Positions 28,443 to 39,649 of a DNA stretch of 64,000 nt are shown piece after piece; the stretch's first letter is position 1, and each line of letters opens with the position of its first letter. The DNA is from Spirochaetota bacterium (GTDB taxonomy: Bacteria > Spirochaetota > UBA4802 > UBA5550): assembly GCA_963664815.2 (NCBI GenBank), contig CAXXHB010000003.1:2784001-2848000 (forward strand), given 5' to 3'. A program made the position numbers and the translations under genes. The notes beneath the pieces are model-generated. The model was given only the letters and a program-made list of their open reading frames with translations. It was not told the DNA's origin and made no database searches.

Positions 28443-29494
28443 GATATCTCCCGGTATGATTTAATTATATTATTCAGCTTTCGTGTATTTACGGCAATTT
28501 CTCCATCTTTATATAATGCTGAAATCACAGAGATAGATGAGACTCCGGCCTCCATCAGAACTCCTGCGTTCGATTCTGAAATACCCCCGATAGCAACAAC
28601 AGGTTTATCGGTTTTACTGCATATTTCTCTTACAGTATCAACCCCTATTCCACCGAGCATCGATCCGTCTTTTGAATACGTCGTGAATACCGGTCCTGCT
28701 GCTATATAATCTGCCTCCAAACCGGCTTCAGCCTCTTCGGCACTGCATGTGGATATCCCTGTAATAAGCCCGTTACCCGATAATGATTTCAGCATTGAAA
28801 CCGGAATATCATCCTGCCCTACATGAATTCCGTGAGCATCAGAAAGCATCGCTATATCAATACGATCATTTACTATAAACAATACGCCGTTATTCCTGCA
28901 GACTTCTGCAATTTTCACTGAGGCTGAAAGATACTCTCTGTCAGAAGCATTTTTCATTCTGAGCTGAATTATATCGGCGCCGGATCCGGCAAGTATCCGC
29001 GAAGTCTCTTCCATTAGTTCAACAGTAACAAATGCCGAATCAATGATTGCATAGAGTGAATACCTGAATTTATCCATCAATGCTTTTTTCCCGAGTATAA
29101 GCCATCCCGTTTTTTCAAGATCGTAGAGAGCAAACCTTATCTCCTGGATTCCGCCAGCAATATCCGGATGAACACTCTTTGAGAATTCCTCTATTACTCT
29201 TGCAGCCTCAATGGCTCTCCGGATATTTGATCTGAATAAATCTTTGATTCCCTCGCGCTTCAACTCTGATGAAGTATTCAGAAATTTCTGTTCATCTTTT
29301 AAAATATCCCTTGCCATCAGAAGATTCCATGATGGTATCAGTGAAAAAAGACCTGCTATTTTATGGCGAAGGTTTTTAAAATCAGCTGAAACTATGTTCT
29401 TTACACTGAATCTGAATATGTCCTCACAGACTCTTATCCCTTCAATACACCTGTTCAGATTCGCGTCGATGGCTGAATAAATTTCCTGATTCAT
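28439..29494 (-). CDS. thiE: Thiamine-phosphate synthase with N-terminal ThiD2 domain
   Basis: N-terminal 'IDANLNRCIEGIRVCED..RF'; QLRMK, NDR.D, HVGQDD, GPVF.T.SK, VAIGGI. Confidence 0.93.
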   Translation of the reverse strand: MNQEIYSAIDANLNRCIEGIRVCEDIFRFSVKNIVSADFKNLRHKIAGLFSLIPSWNLLMARDILKDEQKFLNTSSELKREGIKDLFRSNIRRAIEAARVIEEFSKSVHPDIAGGIQEIRFALYDLEKTGWLILGKKALMDKFRYSLYAIIDSAFVTVELMEETSRILAGSGADIIQLRMKNASDREYLSASVKIAEVCRNNGVLFIVNDRIDIAMLSDAHGIHVGQDDIPVSMLKSLSGNGLITGISTCSAEEAEAGLEADYIAAGPVFTTYSKDGSMLGGIGVDTVREICSKTDKPVVAIGGISESNAGVLMEAGVSSISVISALYKDGEIAVNTRKLNNIIKSYREIS

Positions 29495-29732
29495 TTATCT
29501 CCCCTTCTGTAAAAATCGTATAAAGATCCGTCATTCTGTCTGCTGTTCCTGAAAACTGCTTTATTCATAATTCACTGATAATCTGCTGCAACTGATAAAT
29601 GTTTTTTAAAATAAAAAAGAGATTCCACATCCGAAGAGTTGATGCTGCTTTGAAATACTGTTTGTTGAGCCTGCCGTTACAGCGGTTTATTAAATACTTT
29701 ATTGACACCCATGACTGAACATGAAGACACTT

Positions 29733-30452
29733 TCAGCTCCAATGGTATATCAGGAGTGAGGGTAGAATAACCGCCGCTGTTTCCGCCCTGAGATGAGTAG
29801 CCCCGAAGTTTACAGGCATCCATCCTTTTCCGGAGGCAGCATGAATCTCCTGATCGCTGAATCCCCCCTCAGGGCCTATGATAATACTTACAGACTCAGG
29901 CTTGTCAGATGCCGATAAATAATCATGTAACTCTGTTAATGCCCCCGGATGTGCAATAATCTTCATTGCAGATTCATCTCTGCCGAAAATATCCGGAAAT
30001 GGTAACGGATAATCGATTTCCGGCATATTGCTTCTGAAACACTGTTTGGCCGCACCGTCTATTATTTTATTCCAGCGCGCATGCTTTTCTTCAATCTTCT
30101 TCCCCGGATCAGGGACTGTACGTGAGGATATAATGGGTATAATGCGGTTTACTCCGACTTCAACAGCCTTCTGAATAACAAATTCAAAATTGCCCCCTTT
30201 GATCAGAGCCATGTAAAGAGATATATTTATAATTGCAGGATTTAAACCAGTTTCACTTATTATCTTCAGGTTAATCTCCGATTTTCCTATACCGGTAATC
30301 CGCGCCGTATATCCCTTACCATCCTCAGATCTCAGTCTCAGTACATCTCCGGTTATAACTCTTCTTACATTTACAAGATGATGGTAGTCTTCATCTCTTA
30401 TAACGGCTTTGTCTCTGTCAAAATCTGATGCTTTAATAAAAAACTGCGGCAC
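29733..30452 (-). CDS. rsmE: 16S rRNA m3U1498 methyltransferase
   Basis: IGPEGGFS, LRAETAA. Confidence 0.96.
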   Translation of the reverse strand: MPQFFIKASDFDRDKAVIRDEDYHHLVNVRRVITGDVLRLRSEDGKGYTARITGIGKSEINLKIISETGLNPAIINISLYMALIKGGNFEFVIQKAVEVGVNRIIPIISSRTVPDPGKKIEEKHARWNKIIDGAAKQCFRSNMPEIDYPLPFPDIFGRDESAMKIIAHPGALTELHDYLSASDKPESVSIIIGPEGGFSDQEIHAASGKGWMPVNFGATHLRAETAAVILPSLLIYHWS

Positions 30453-30453
30453 T

Positions 30454-31215
30454 CTATTCCCCCAGCTTTTCCGGTCTGAAAATCTCCCCCTGATATTTTA
30501 TGCTCTCCTCAAACTTCAAATAGCTTAAAATAGTAACGGTTCCATCCTTGATATTAAGCATATCATAGCGGATCGGGATAATCCGGCCATTCTTCTCCAT
30601 TGTCTTTGCAAGAGACTGGAATTTGAATATAACCTTATCCCTGTCATGATAATCTATCCTCAGAGGAAGATACTGATCCATTGAAACAAACATTGTAATC
30701 AGGCCGTATTCACTGCTGTCAAAAATCGGTTCAAGAGAGAGTTTATAACACTCGATCCCTTTTATAAGAGTTTTGTCTATGATCCTGGCATTGTAATTAC
30801 TCTGGAAATCAGAGTTGGAGAGATCAATAAAAGAAAAGTTTGTAGACATCAGGCTGTCATATTTATCAATACCCATCTTGTGAAACAGTTTGACCGAGTG
30901 GATATTATAAACCCATATATCCTCTCCGCTCATATTGTAGAGTACCTTAAGGCTCTCTCCACGGGCAGCGCTGCTGAAGAAAAAGAGAAAATCATTCCTG
31001 GAAATATTCCCCTTTAAATCAATGTCGAATGATTTGCCATCCGGGAAAATATGTTTCATCCTCCCCTGAATCTCACCTTCAGGATACTGCATAATTCTGT
31101 CCACTCTTGCAAGAATCCCCTGCGCTGTTATCTCAACAGTATCCTTTTTCTGGGAGTAAACCGGAACGGATATTACTGCTGCAATTGTTAAAATTGTTAA
31201 AAAAAATCTGTTCAT
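30454..31215 (-). CDS. LolA-like outer-membrane lipoprotein-sorting family protein
   Basis: Signal peptide; 'DIWVY...LMSTNFSFIDL...CYKLSLEP...PLRIDY' pattern. Confidence 0.75.
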   Translation of the reverse strand: MNRFFLTILTIAAVISVPVYSQKKDTVEITAQGILARVDRIMQYPEGEIQGRMKHIFPDGKSFDIDLKGNISRNDFLFFFSSAARGESLKVLYNMSGEDIWVYNIHSVKLFHKMGIDKYDSLMSTNFSFIDLSNSDFQSNYNARIIDKTLIKGIECYKLSLEPIFDSSEYGLITMFVSMDQYLPLRIDYHDRDKVIFKFQSLAKTMEKNGRIIPIRYDMLNIKDGTVTILSYLKFEESIKYQGEIFRPEKLGE

Positions 31216-31227
31216 CTTTCCAATCAG

Positions 31228-32001
31228 TTATGCTTTTCTTTTCATGAATAAGCCGGTGAAATATGGTAAAGTTATATTTCTTCCGTCAAGTTTATAAATT
31301 TCACTTAAAATTCCGCTGTTTTCTTTTATAAATTTCTCCACTCTTTCCGAATCTGAATATCCATAAAGCCCGGTGATATGTTTTTTTATCTCGTCAATAT
31401 TATAATCAAAGTGTTCTATCCTGCCCTTAACGAAAGTGAAATCTTTCAGATTCATAAATGTTTTCAGGTCATCTTTAAGATAAAAATCATTATGAATCGG
31501 AGAGATAATTCTCATCAAATCGTCATATGTTCCCTCAACATCATCATCATCAAGCACTATGCCTGCGAACATGAAAAGAGCATCAACATGCAGCGCTCTT
31601 TTAAATTCATCCATTACAGGTGCTGTTTCCTGAAAATCAAGATTATCTATTGAGATTATGAGATCAGCAGCATAATAATCCACAGGCAGACTGGTGAACT
31701 CGCCATTGACAAAACCAATATCTTTTATTTTCTGGTTGTCGTTATTCTCATTTATAAAATCTTCAATAATTCTTAATGATGGTTCAACAACAACCAGTTT
31801 AATATCTTTTTTTGTATTTATCAGATCAAGCACAATCCTGCCAGATCCAAGGCCGACCTTGACAATAATTTTCGGTTTATATGTGTCAATTACATCATTG
31901 ATCTTTTCCATGATCATTTCATGTCTGGAGGGTGGTTCAATAAAAAATACATTCCCATACTCATAAATACTCCATTCCTGAAGCTGTTTTAATCTATCCA
32001 T
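31228..32001 (-). CDS. Class I SAM-methyltransferase-like protein
   Basis: 'VKVGLGSG', 'VVVEPS', 'GEFTSLP..ADLII..EFKRAL'; start moved to MDRLK. Confidence 0.65.
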   Translation of the reverse strand: MDRLKQLQEWSIYEYGNVFFIEPPSRHEMIMEKINDVIDTYKPKIIVKVGLGSGRIVLDLINTKKDIKLVVVEPSLRIIEDFINENNDNQKIKDIGFVNGEFTSLPVDYYAADLIISIDNLDFQETAPVMDEFKRALHVDALFMFAGIVLDDDDVEGTYDDLMRIISPIHNDFYLKDDLKTFMNLKDFTFVKGRIEHFDYNIDEIKKHITGLYGYSDSERVEKFIKENSGILSEIYKLDGRNITLPYFTGLFMKRKA

Positions 32002-32188
32002 AAACCTGCCCTTATTTTCAAAATTATTTTCATGATGTAACAAATTAATCCCGGTTTCACAATGGTACTTCCATAATCGTGATAATTTTTACTTACGCCA
32101 AGACTATTTTCTTTACTATAAAAATATCTTCAATTAAAATATTAGCAAACTATAAAAAAGAGTAAATCATCAGGAATACCCTTTTTTT

Positions 32189-32286
32189 CATTATTAATTC
32201 CTTAATATATATTTCAATGCAAAATAAACGATTATTTCTCTCATCCGCCTTCGACGACGGAGAGATCAGAGTACTTTATTTTATAA
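32189..32286 (-). repeat. Dispersed non-coding element, copy 2 (inverted)
   Basis: Revcomp aligns to 12054-12150 at ~75%. Confidence 0.7.
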
Positions 32287-32542
32287 ACCAATTAAGGAAT
32301 AATTATTGATTTTTATTAAAACCGCTTGATTATACCTGTAAAGTATCAATAATTAAATAATATTCCTCTTTATATTACTGTTATTTTAGAAAATAATACT
32401 GACAAGAATTATTATTGACACTCATAGATTAAGTTTTTAAATAAACACAGACTGCACGAATCATATAATTATTGACAAAAAAATCCTCAATATCAAAACC
32501 GGGCAGTTAAATACAATAGTTAAATAAGGTAAATACATTAAG

Positions 32543-33808
32543 ATGAATATTTTCGCGCAGGCAAAAAGAGGTGTCATTTCAGAAGAGATTAATACTATCG
32601 CCATTGATGAATCTGTTCCGGTAGATGAATTAATGAAAAACTTTTCAACAGGGAAAGTTTCTATTATGAAAAACCGCCTGAGAAAGATTAAGCCTGTAGC
32701 TGTAGGTAAAGGTTTAAGAACAAAAATCAATGCAAATATAGGAACATCTCCCGATCTGTTTAATCTGGAAACAGAACTTGAAAAACTTGACGCCGCAGTT
32801 AAAGCCGGAGCTGACGCCGTGATGGATCTCAGCACCGGCGGGGACCTTTCACTATTCAGAAAAAAGATTCTTGAAAATTCGCCTGTTCCACTCGGCACTG
32901 TTCCGATATATGAAACAGCAGTGAAGATGGTTGCACAGAAAAAACCGATGACAGAAATGAAAATAGATGACTTCATGAATGTTATAAGAATACAGGCTGA
33001 AGAGGGTGTCGATTTTATGACCATCCATTCAGGTGTTACTCTTGCATCTGTTCAGTCTCTTCATTCGCAGAAAAGAATTACCGGGATAACAAGCAGAGGC
33101 GGGGCAATACTCGCGGAGTGGATGAAATTCAACAGGCGGGAAAACCCGCTCTTCGAATATTATGATGAAATACTTGATATTCTGGCTGAATATAATGTTG
33201 TCATCAGCCTCGGTGACGGCCTCAGACCCGGATCAATTCACGATGCCAGTGACAGAGGTCAGCTCCATGAGATGATAATACTCGGAGATCTTGCAAGGCG
33301 GGCAAGAGAAAAAAACGTACAGGTTATCATTGAAGGACCCGGGCATATGCCTCTTGATATGGTTGCAGACAATATACGCCTTGAGAAGAAACTCTGCGAT
33401 GAGGCTCCATACTATGTTCTCGGACCGCTAGTGACAGACATTGCCCCCGGTTATGACCATATTACAGGCGCAATCGGAGGATCTATAGCCGCTGCATCGG
33501 GAGCAGATTTTCTCTGCTATGTAACGCCTGCCGAACATTTAAGACTCCCCGATGTTAACGATGTCAGGGAGGGGGTTATAGCCTCAAGAATAGCGGCTCA
33601 TGCCGGCGATATAGTCAAATACGGGTCAAAAGCATCCAGGCTTGATGACGATATGTCACGGGCCAGAAAAGACAGGAACTGGGCGGGGATGTATAACGTT
33701 GCTATTGACCGTGAGAAAGCCGAAAGATACAGAAATGCGGTGCAATCATGTGAGGACGATCAATGTTCCATGTGCGGAGAATTCTGTTCAATGAAAAGAG
33801 ACTACTGA
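32543..33808 (+). CDS. thiC: Phosphomethylpyrimidine synthase
   Basis: KINANIGTS, MDLSTG, SLGDGLRPG, EGPGH, CSMCGEFC. Confidence 0.98.
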   Translation: MNIFAQAKRGVISEEINTIAIDESVPVDELMKNFSTGKVSIMKNRLRKIKPVAVGKGLRTKINANIGTSPDLFNLETELEKLDAAVKAGADAVMDLSTGGDLSLFRKKILENSPVPLGTVPIYETAVKMVAQKKPMTEMKIDDFMNVIRIQAEEGVDFMTIHSGVTLASVQSLHSQKRITGITSRGGAILAEWMKFNRRENPLFEYYDEILDILAEYNVVISLGDGLRPGSIHDASDRGQLHEMIILGDLARRAREKNVQVIIEGPGHMPLDMVADNIRLEKKLCDEAPYYVLGPLVTDIAPGYDHITGAIGGSIAAASGADFLCYVTPAEHLRLPDVNDVREGVIASRIAAHAGDIVKYGSKASRLDDDMSRARKDRNWAGMYNVAIDREKAERYRNAVQSCEDDQCSMCGEFCSMKRDY

Positions 33809-33821
33809 AAGGAGGGATTAA

Positions 33822-34640
33822 ATGTCTGAAGATGCCCATTACTATAATTCTTACAAAGAAGAGAGAGATATCATCCTGGAATACAACCAGATATCTCTTG
33901 AAGACGCGTCCATTGTGAACATACTGAATGTGGGTATTGACAACCTTACAAGACAGCAGGCTGTTTACAGAGTCATAAAAATGATAGAAGATAAGGGCGT
34001 TCATCATGTAATAACGCTCAATCCTTATAAATTATCCCGGATAAAATCCAATAACGATCTTCGGCTGATCTCTGATAAAGCCGATATGCACCTTGCATCC
34101 GGTGCGGGACTTCAATGGGCGGCAAAGATGCTGAAAGACCCGTTAAAAGAACGTGTAGCAATTTTGAGTTTCATGATGGAGATAATCAGACTTGCAGAGA
34201 TAAAAGAGTATGGAATATTTCTTGTCGGAGGGAAACCGGAGATAACTGAAAGAGCTTTTTTCAATATAAAAAAATCGTTCCCGAATATACGGATTGTCGG
34301 AAGACACGGCGGATACTTTAATGCCGACAGAGAAAAATCTGTTATTGAAGCTATAAGAAAATCTGAAGCTAATATTGTATTTGTCGGACTCGGTTTCCCG
34401 AAAGAGGATAAATGGATATATAAAGTTAAAAATGAATTTAAAAATACCGTTTTCATAAGTATCGGCGGGAGCATAGATACCATTTCAGGTGAAATTAAAA
34501 AAGCCCCCCCCTATTTTATGGAAAATGGCCTGGACTGGTTTTACAGAATTATTACAAAACCATGGAGAATTGGAAGGCTTTTAAGGCTTGTAACTTTTTT
34601 TGTCAGTGTAATTTTTAAAAGAATTCTGAAATCCAGATAA
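33822..34640 (+). CDS. WecG/TagA/CpsF-family glycosyltransferase
   Basis: TLNP, HGGYF, VGLGFPKED, IGGSID, GLDWFYR...PWR. Confidence 0.9.
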   Translation: MSEDAHYYNSYKEERDIILEYNQISLEDASIVNILNVGIDNLTRQQAVYRVIKMIEDKGVHHVITLNPYKLSRIKSNNDLRLISDKADMHLASGAGLQWAAKMLKDPLKERVAILSFMMEIIRLAEIKEYGIFLVGGKPEITERAFFNIKKSFPNIRIVGRHGGYFNADREKSVIEAIRKSEANIVFVGLGFPKEDKWIYKVKNEFKNTVFISIGGSIDTISGEIKKAPPYFMENGLDWFYRIITKPWRIGRLLRLVTFFVSVIFKRILKSR

Positions 34641-34647
34641 AACATCA

Positions 34648-34686
34648 GCGGGATTTTCATGTAAAACAGATTCCTGAAAATCCCGC
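34648..34686. terminator. Hairpin between convergent genes
   Basis: GCGGGATTTTCA/TGAAAATCCCGC 12-bp IR. Confidence 0.65.
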
Positions 34687-34716
34687 AGCAGTATATTACT
34701 TCTGAAATCTTATATT

Positions 34717-34932
34717 TTACTTTTCAAATTCATTAATACCGGCAGAATTATTCCTGGCAATATCAAGATCTTTTTTTGCAACCTGGCATCTCCCCAGTGT
34801 GAAACCTGGCAAAGTACAACTATTGTTGCATGTCCGGCAGTAAATTATTGCCGAAGCGTTTTCCCATTTTTTTATCTCAACAAACCTTGATCCGCAATTC
34901 CTGCAGAAAACAATTGAAACAAATTCGCTCAT
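34717..34932 (-). CDS. Small zinc-ribbon protein
   Basis: CRNC...CRTC; AAGG RBS; 10 bp after the upstream stop. Confidence 0.75.
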   Translation of the reverse strand: MSEFVSIVFCRNCGSRFVEIKKWENASAIIYCRTCNNSCTLPGFTLGRCQVAKKDLDIARNNSAGINEFEK

Positions 34933-34942
34933 AAATTACCTT

Positions 34943-36235
34943 TTATTTAATAGTAAAAGAAACAACTGATAAATCCTTTCTTCTCTCTACTCCGCCGGCA
35001 AAAGTATAAGCATAATCCAGCAGCGAATCAATGATCTCCCCTTGTGAAACACTCTTTTTTTCAATAAAACGCGTAATACCGGATACTCCGAGCTGTTTCC
35101 CGTCACTATTTTTCAATCCGGGAAGACTGCTCGAAAAAACAATAATTCTGTCACTTTCACGCAGCTGAATTTTAACATTGTCTGCAAAAAAATCACTGCT
35201 TCCGAGAGATCCCCTGAAATGATTATTGAACCGGAGATAAGAGGCTTTGCCATTTCTCATAAGAATCGGGTAAGCATCCCCTGAATTGACAAACTCTATG
35301 CTCATTCCATTTGTATCAATCAGACTGATAAATAATGACAATCCTTCACTATGAGCTATTTCTTCATGAATATGCCTGTTTATTATTCCAATAATTGCAT
35401 CAGGTTTGCGCACATCAAGCTCATACATCCCCTTTATCAGACCGGCAATCATTGAAGCGCGCATTGCGCCTGGAATTCCTCTTATATTTAAATTACCCAG
35501 AATAAGGAGATAGATCCCGTTTTCATACTCCCTGAAAAAATGAAAAGCCCCGCCGACTTCTCTTGCAGATAATGATCTTGCTGCCGCCTCAAACCTTTCA
35601 CTTTCAAAATCGATTGGAGGAGTAAGAGATTCCTGAACAGCTTTTGCCGCATGAAGCTCACTGTCCAGGCGTTCTTCCTCTATTGCCTTCTGAAAAAAAA
35701 TCGCATTCTGAACTGCAAGTGCTGCCTGATTGGAAAAGACCCTGAACAGAGTCATGTCATTTTCGTCAAAAGCGGTTTTGTTGACAGGATTTATTGCCTG
35801 GATAACACCGATGAGTTTTCCCTTAAACAGGAGAGGTGCACACAGAATGGCCCTGGTAATAAAGCCTGTATTTTTATCATACATTGAATCAAATCGCGGA
35901 TCATTATATACATCATTGGCAAGGACGTCTTTTCTGTTAAGAGCTACCCATCCGGCTATCCCCTGCCCCATCTGTACCCTGTATTTCTCCTTCAACTCAT
36001 CTCCGGCCTCGCCCAATGCTACCTTAAATACAAGTTCATCCTTATCTTCATCATAAAGAAGGAGGCTGCTTGTTTCAGTATCCATAATGTCTTTTATCAT
36101 CTCCATAATTATGGATAAAAGGCGATTGATGTTCAAAGTTGAATTTATTATACCATTTATTTCAACAAGCTTGGACAGGCTTTCCACCTGTCTCTCAAGA
36201 GCTTCAAGTTTATTGAGTTTCAGCATATCATTCAT
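34943..36235 (-). CDS. GAF + degenerate SpoIIE/PP2C (RsbU-like) protein
   Basis: GAF 'GQGIAGWVA..DPRF'; PP2C fold motifs lack the catalytic Asp residues. Confidence 0.85.
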   Translation of the reverse strand: MNDMLKLNKLEALERQVESLSKLVEINGIINSTLNINRLLSIIMEMIKDIMDTETSSLLLYDEDKDELVFKVALGEAGDELKEKYRVQMGQGIAGWVALNRKDVLANDVYNDPRFDSMYDKNTGFITRAILCAPLLFKGKLIGVIQAINPVNKTAFDENDMTLFRVFSNQAALAVQNAIFFQKAIEEERLDSELHAAKAVQESLTPPIDFESERFEAAARSLSAREVGGAFHFFREYENGIYLLILGNLNIRGIPGAMRASMIAGLIKGMYELDVRKPDAIIGIINRHIHEEIAHSEGLSLFISLIDTNGMSIEFVNSGDAYPILMRNGKASYLRFNNHFRGSLGSSDFFADNVKIQLRESDRIIVFSSSLPGLKNSDGKQLGVSGITRFIEKKSVSQGEIIDSLLDYAYTFAGGVERRKDLSVVSFTIK

Positions 36236-36422
36236 TATTAAATATTAAGCCGGAGAATTGATCCTGTCAATGATAATTCTTATTTAGTGCGGGTATTCAC
36301 ACCATATATTTTTTAATTATAATTAAATCATTCAGTAGAATGTTTTAATTATAATCAGAAACACAATATTTCAGATGCTTTAAAACCTGATTATCACAAT
36401 AAACCTGCAGCGCAAGCAGGCA

Positions 36423-38084
<1,662 letters not shown>

Positions 38085-38316
38085 TCATTTTAATAAACGA
38101 TTATGCCTAATTATGTCGCAATTTAAAAGATATTTATATGGTGTAAATAAAAAAAACCGGTTAAAATATCTTTTAAATTATACAATCATGTAAAATTTTC
38201 ATTTATTTTATAACTTATCTGTTTTTAATTCAGTTTGATGACACAAATTTATCAATAAAATAATTTTGTGTATAAATATTGAAAAATATTATATATTACA
38301 ATCAAATTAAAACAAG

Positions 38317-38338
38317 GCTTGACATTAGCTTGACATTA
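38317..38338. promoter_or_regulatory. Perfect 11-bp direct repeat containing TTGACA
   Basis: GCTTGACATTA x2 in the divergent pyrG/PilZ spacer. Confidence 0.45.
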
Positions 38339-38392
38339 AAGGATATAAATAGCACAATATTGATGTTCTTAAAGTATTATGGGGGGGTTTAT

Positions 38393-38779
38393 ATGAGCGA
38401 TTCAGATAAAAGAAAACATACACGGTATGCATGCTCAATCAAAACAAAATTTGATTTTTATGTCGGTAATCCTGATGAGATCGATATAAGTATAGAGATA
38501 CCCCAGAAGGGCAAAGGTATAATCATTGATATCAGCTGCGGTGGAGTATTTATTGCAAGCAATACAAGAGTCCCTGCAGGTATGCCTGTTATACTGGATT
38601 TTGTTCTTGATAAAAAAAAGATTAATATTCAGGGTAAAATTGTCAGAACAGGTTTATTAAAAAACAATCCATCAGAAATAGCAAAAAAATTTTCCATGTT
38701 TTCATCCAAAGGTGATTCATACATTGCTGTTGAATTCCTAAAACCTATAGAAGAATTCAACACCATAAAATTAAAATAA
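38393..38779 (+). CDS. PilZ-domain protein
   Basis: RKHTR and DISCGG motifs; start moved to MSDSD. Confidence 0.85.
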   Translation: MSDSDKRKHTRYACSIKTKFDFYVGNPDEIDISIEIPQKGKGIIIDISCGGVFIASNTRVPAGMPVILDFVLDKKKINIQGKIVRTGLLKNNPSEIAKKFSMFSSKGDSYIAVEFLKPIEEFNTIKLK

Positions 38780-38788
38780 GATTTAAAC

Positions 38789-39649
38789 ATGAAAAAAAGA
38801 ATAATAAGAATCAGCGATGTCTCGCAAATTGATACATCCAAAGTATCAGTTTATGACCTTAATAACAGGTACATAGACCCTCTTGGTAATATTTTCGGAC
38901 TGAGATATAATAAAGACGGCAGGAAGGTTGAAATAATAAAGCTGGAAAGGTTCCATTCCGGTGAAAGCCGTATTTATCAGCAGATATCCAGCCGGCATAA
39001 AGAGGGAAAAGCCGCAGGTGAACTGGCTGATACTGCAAAACAATCTGCAAAAACAGAGGAAAAAGAAGCGGTTCCGGATACATACATTGAGCCGGAAATT
39101 TTTATTGACGATGTAATAAATAATGCCGAAACACACAAAGAAAGAATAGCGGGGATAATCAAAAATATCTACGACTCTGATATCTTCCCGAGAGAAAATA
39201 AACATGAATCTGCTGAGTTTGACGATATTGTGAGAGGTCTTGAAATAGATGGAATTCAGCAGCTTGAAAAACTTGAAACATACTACCGTGAACTTACAAA
39301 TTACCCCAGATCAATTACTTATTATCAGGCAAAAATAGACAATGAAGGAAAACGGCTGTTTGAAAAGCTTGAAGGTAATAAAGAACGAACAATGCATTTT
39401 ATTTTTCTCTATGAAATGTCAACTAATATCAAAAGATTATACAGCAATTTACAAAAGCATATAAACCACCTGAATAATTTTACCGTAAATAAAAACCCTG
39501 ATGACCGACAGAACATGACTAAACATCAGAAACAGTCGTTCATCGATGCAAGAATATCAATAATTAATACAATACAGGATATTGAAGAAATCCTTCAGGA
39601 GAATAACCTTCTCTATTCATATGCATGTAATATAGAAAACTATAAATAA
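38789..39649 (+). CDS. Hypothetical cytoplasmic protein (small N-terminal domain plus helical C-terminus)
   Basis: 286-aa ORF 9 bp after the PilZ gene. Confidence 0.75.
   Translation: MKKRIIRISDVSQIDTSKVSVYDLNNRYIDPLGNIFGLRYNKDGRKVEIIKLERFHSGESRIYQQISSRHKEGKAAGELADTAKQSAKTEEKEAVPDTYIEPEIFIDDVINNAETHKERIAGIIKNIYDSDIFPRENKHESAEFDDIVRGLEIDGIQQLEKLETYYRELTNYPRSITYYQAKIDNEGKRLFEKLEGNKERTMHFIFLYEMSTNIKRLYSNLQKHINHLNNFTVNKNPDDRQNMTKHQKQSFIDARISIINTIQDIEEILQENNLLYSYACNIENYK

Noticed and set aside
29495-29732. TPP riboswitch or thiS in the rsmE-thiE gap
   Set aside because: No THI-box core and no ORF ending in Gly-Gly was seen
32217-32309. 30-codon ORF (MQNKRLFLSS...) through the dispersed element
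   Set aside because: No RBS, and differences from the other copy are mainly non-synonymous
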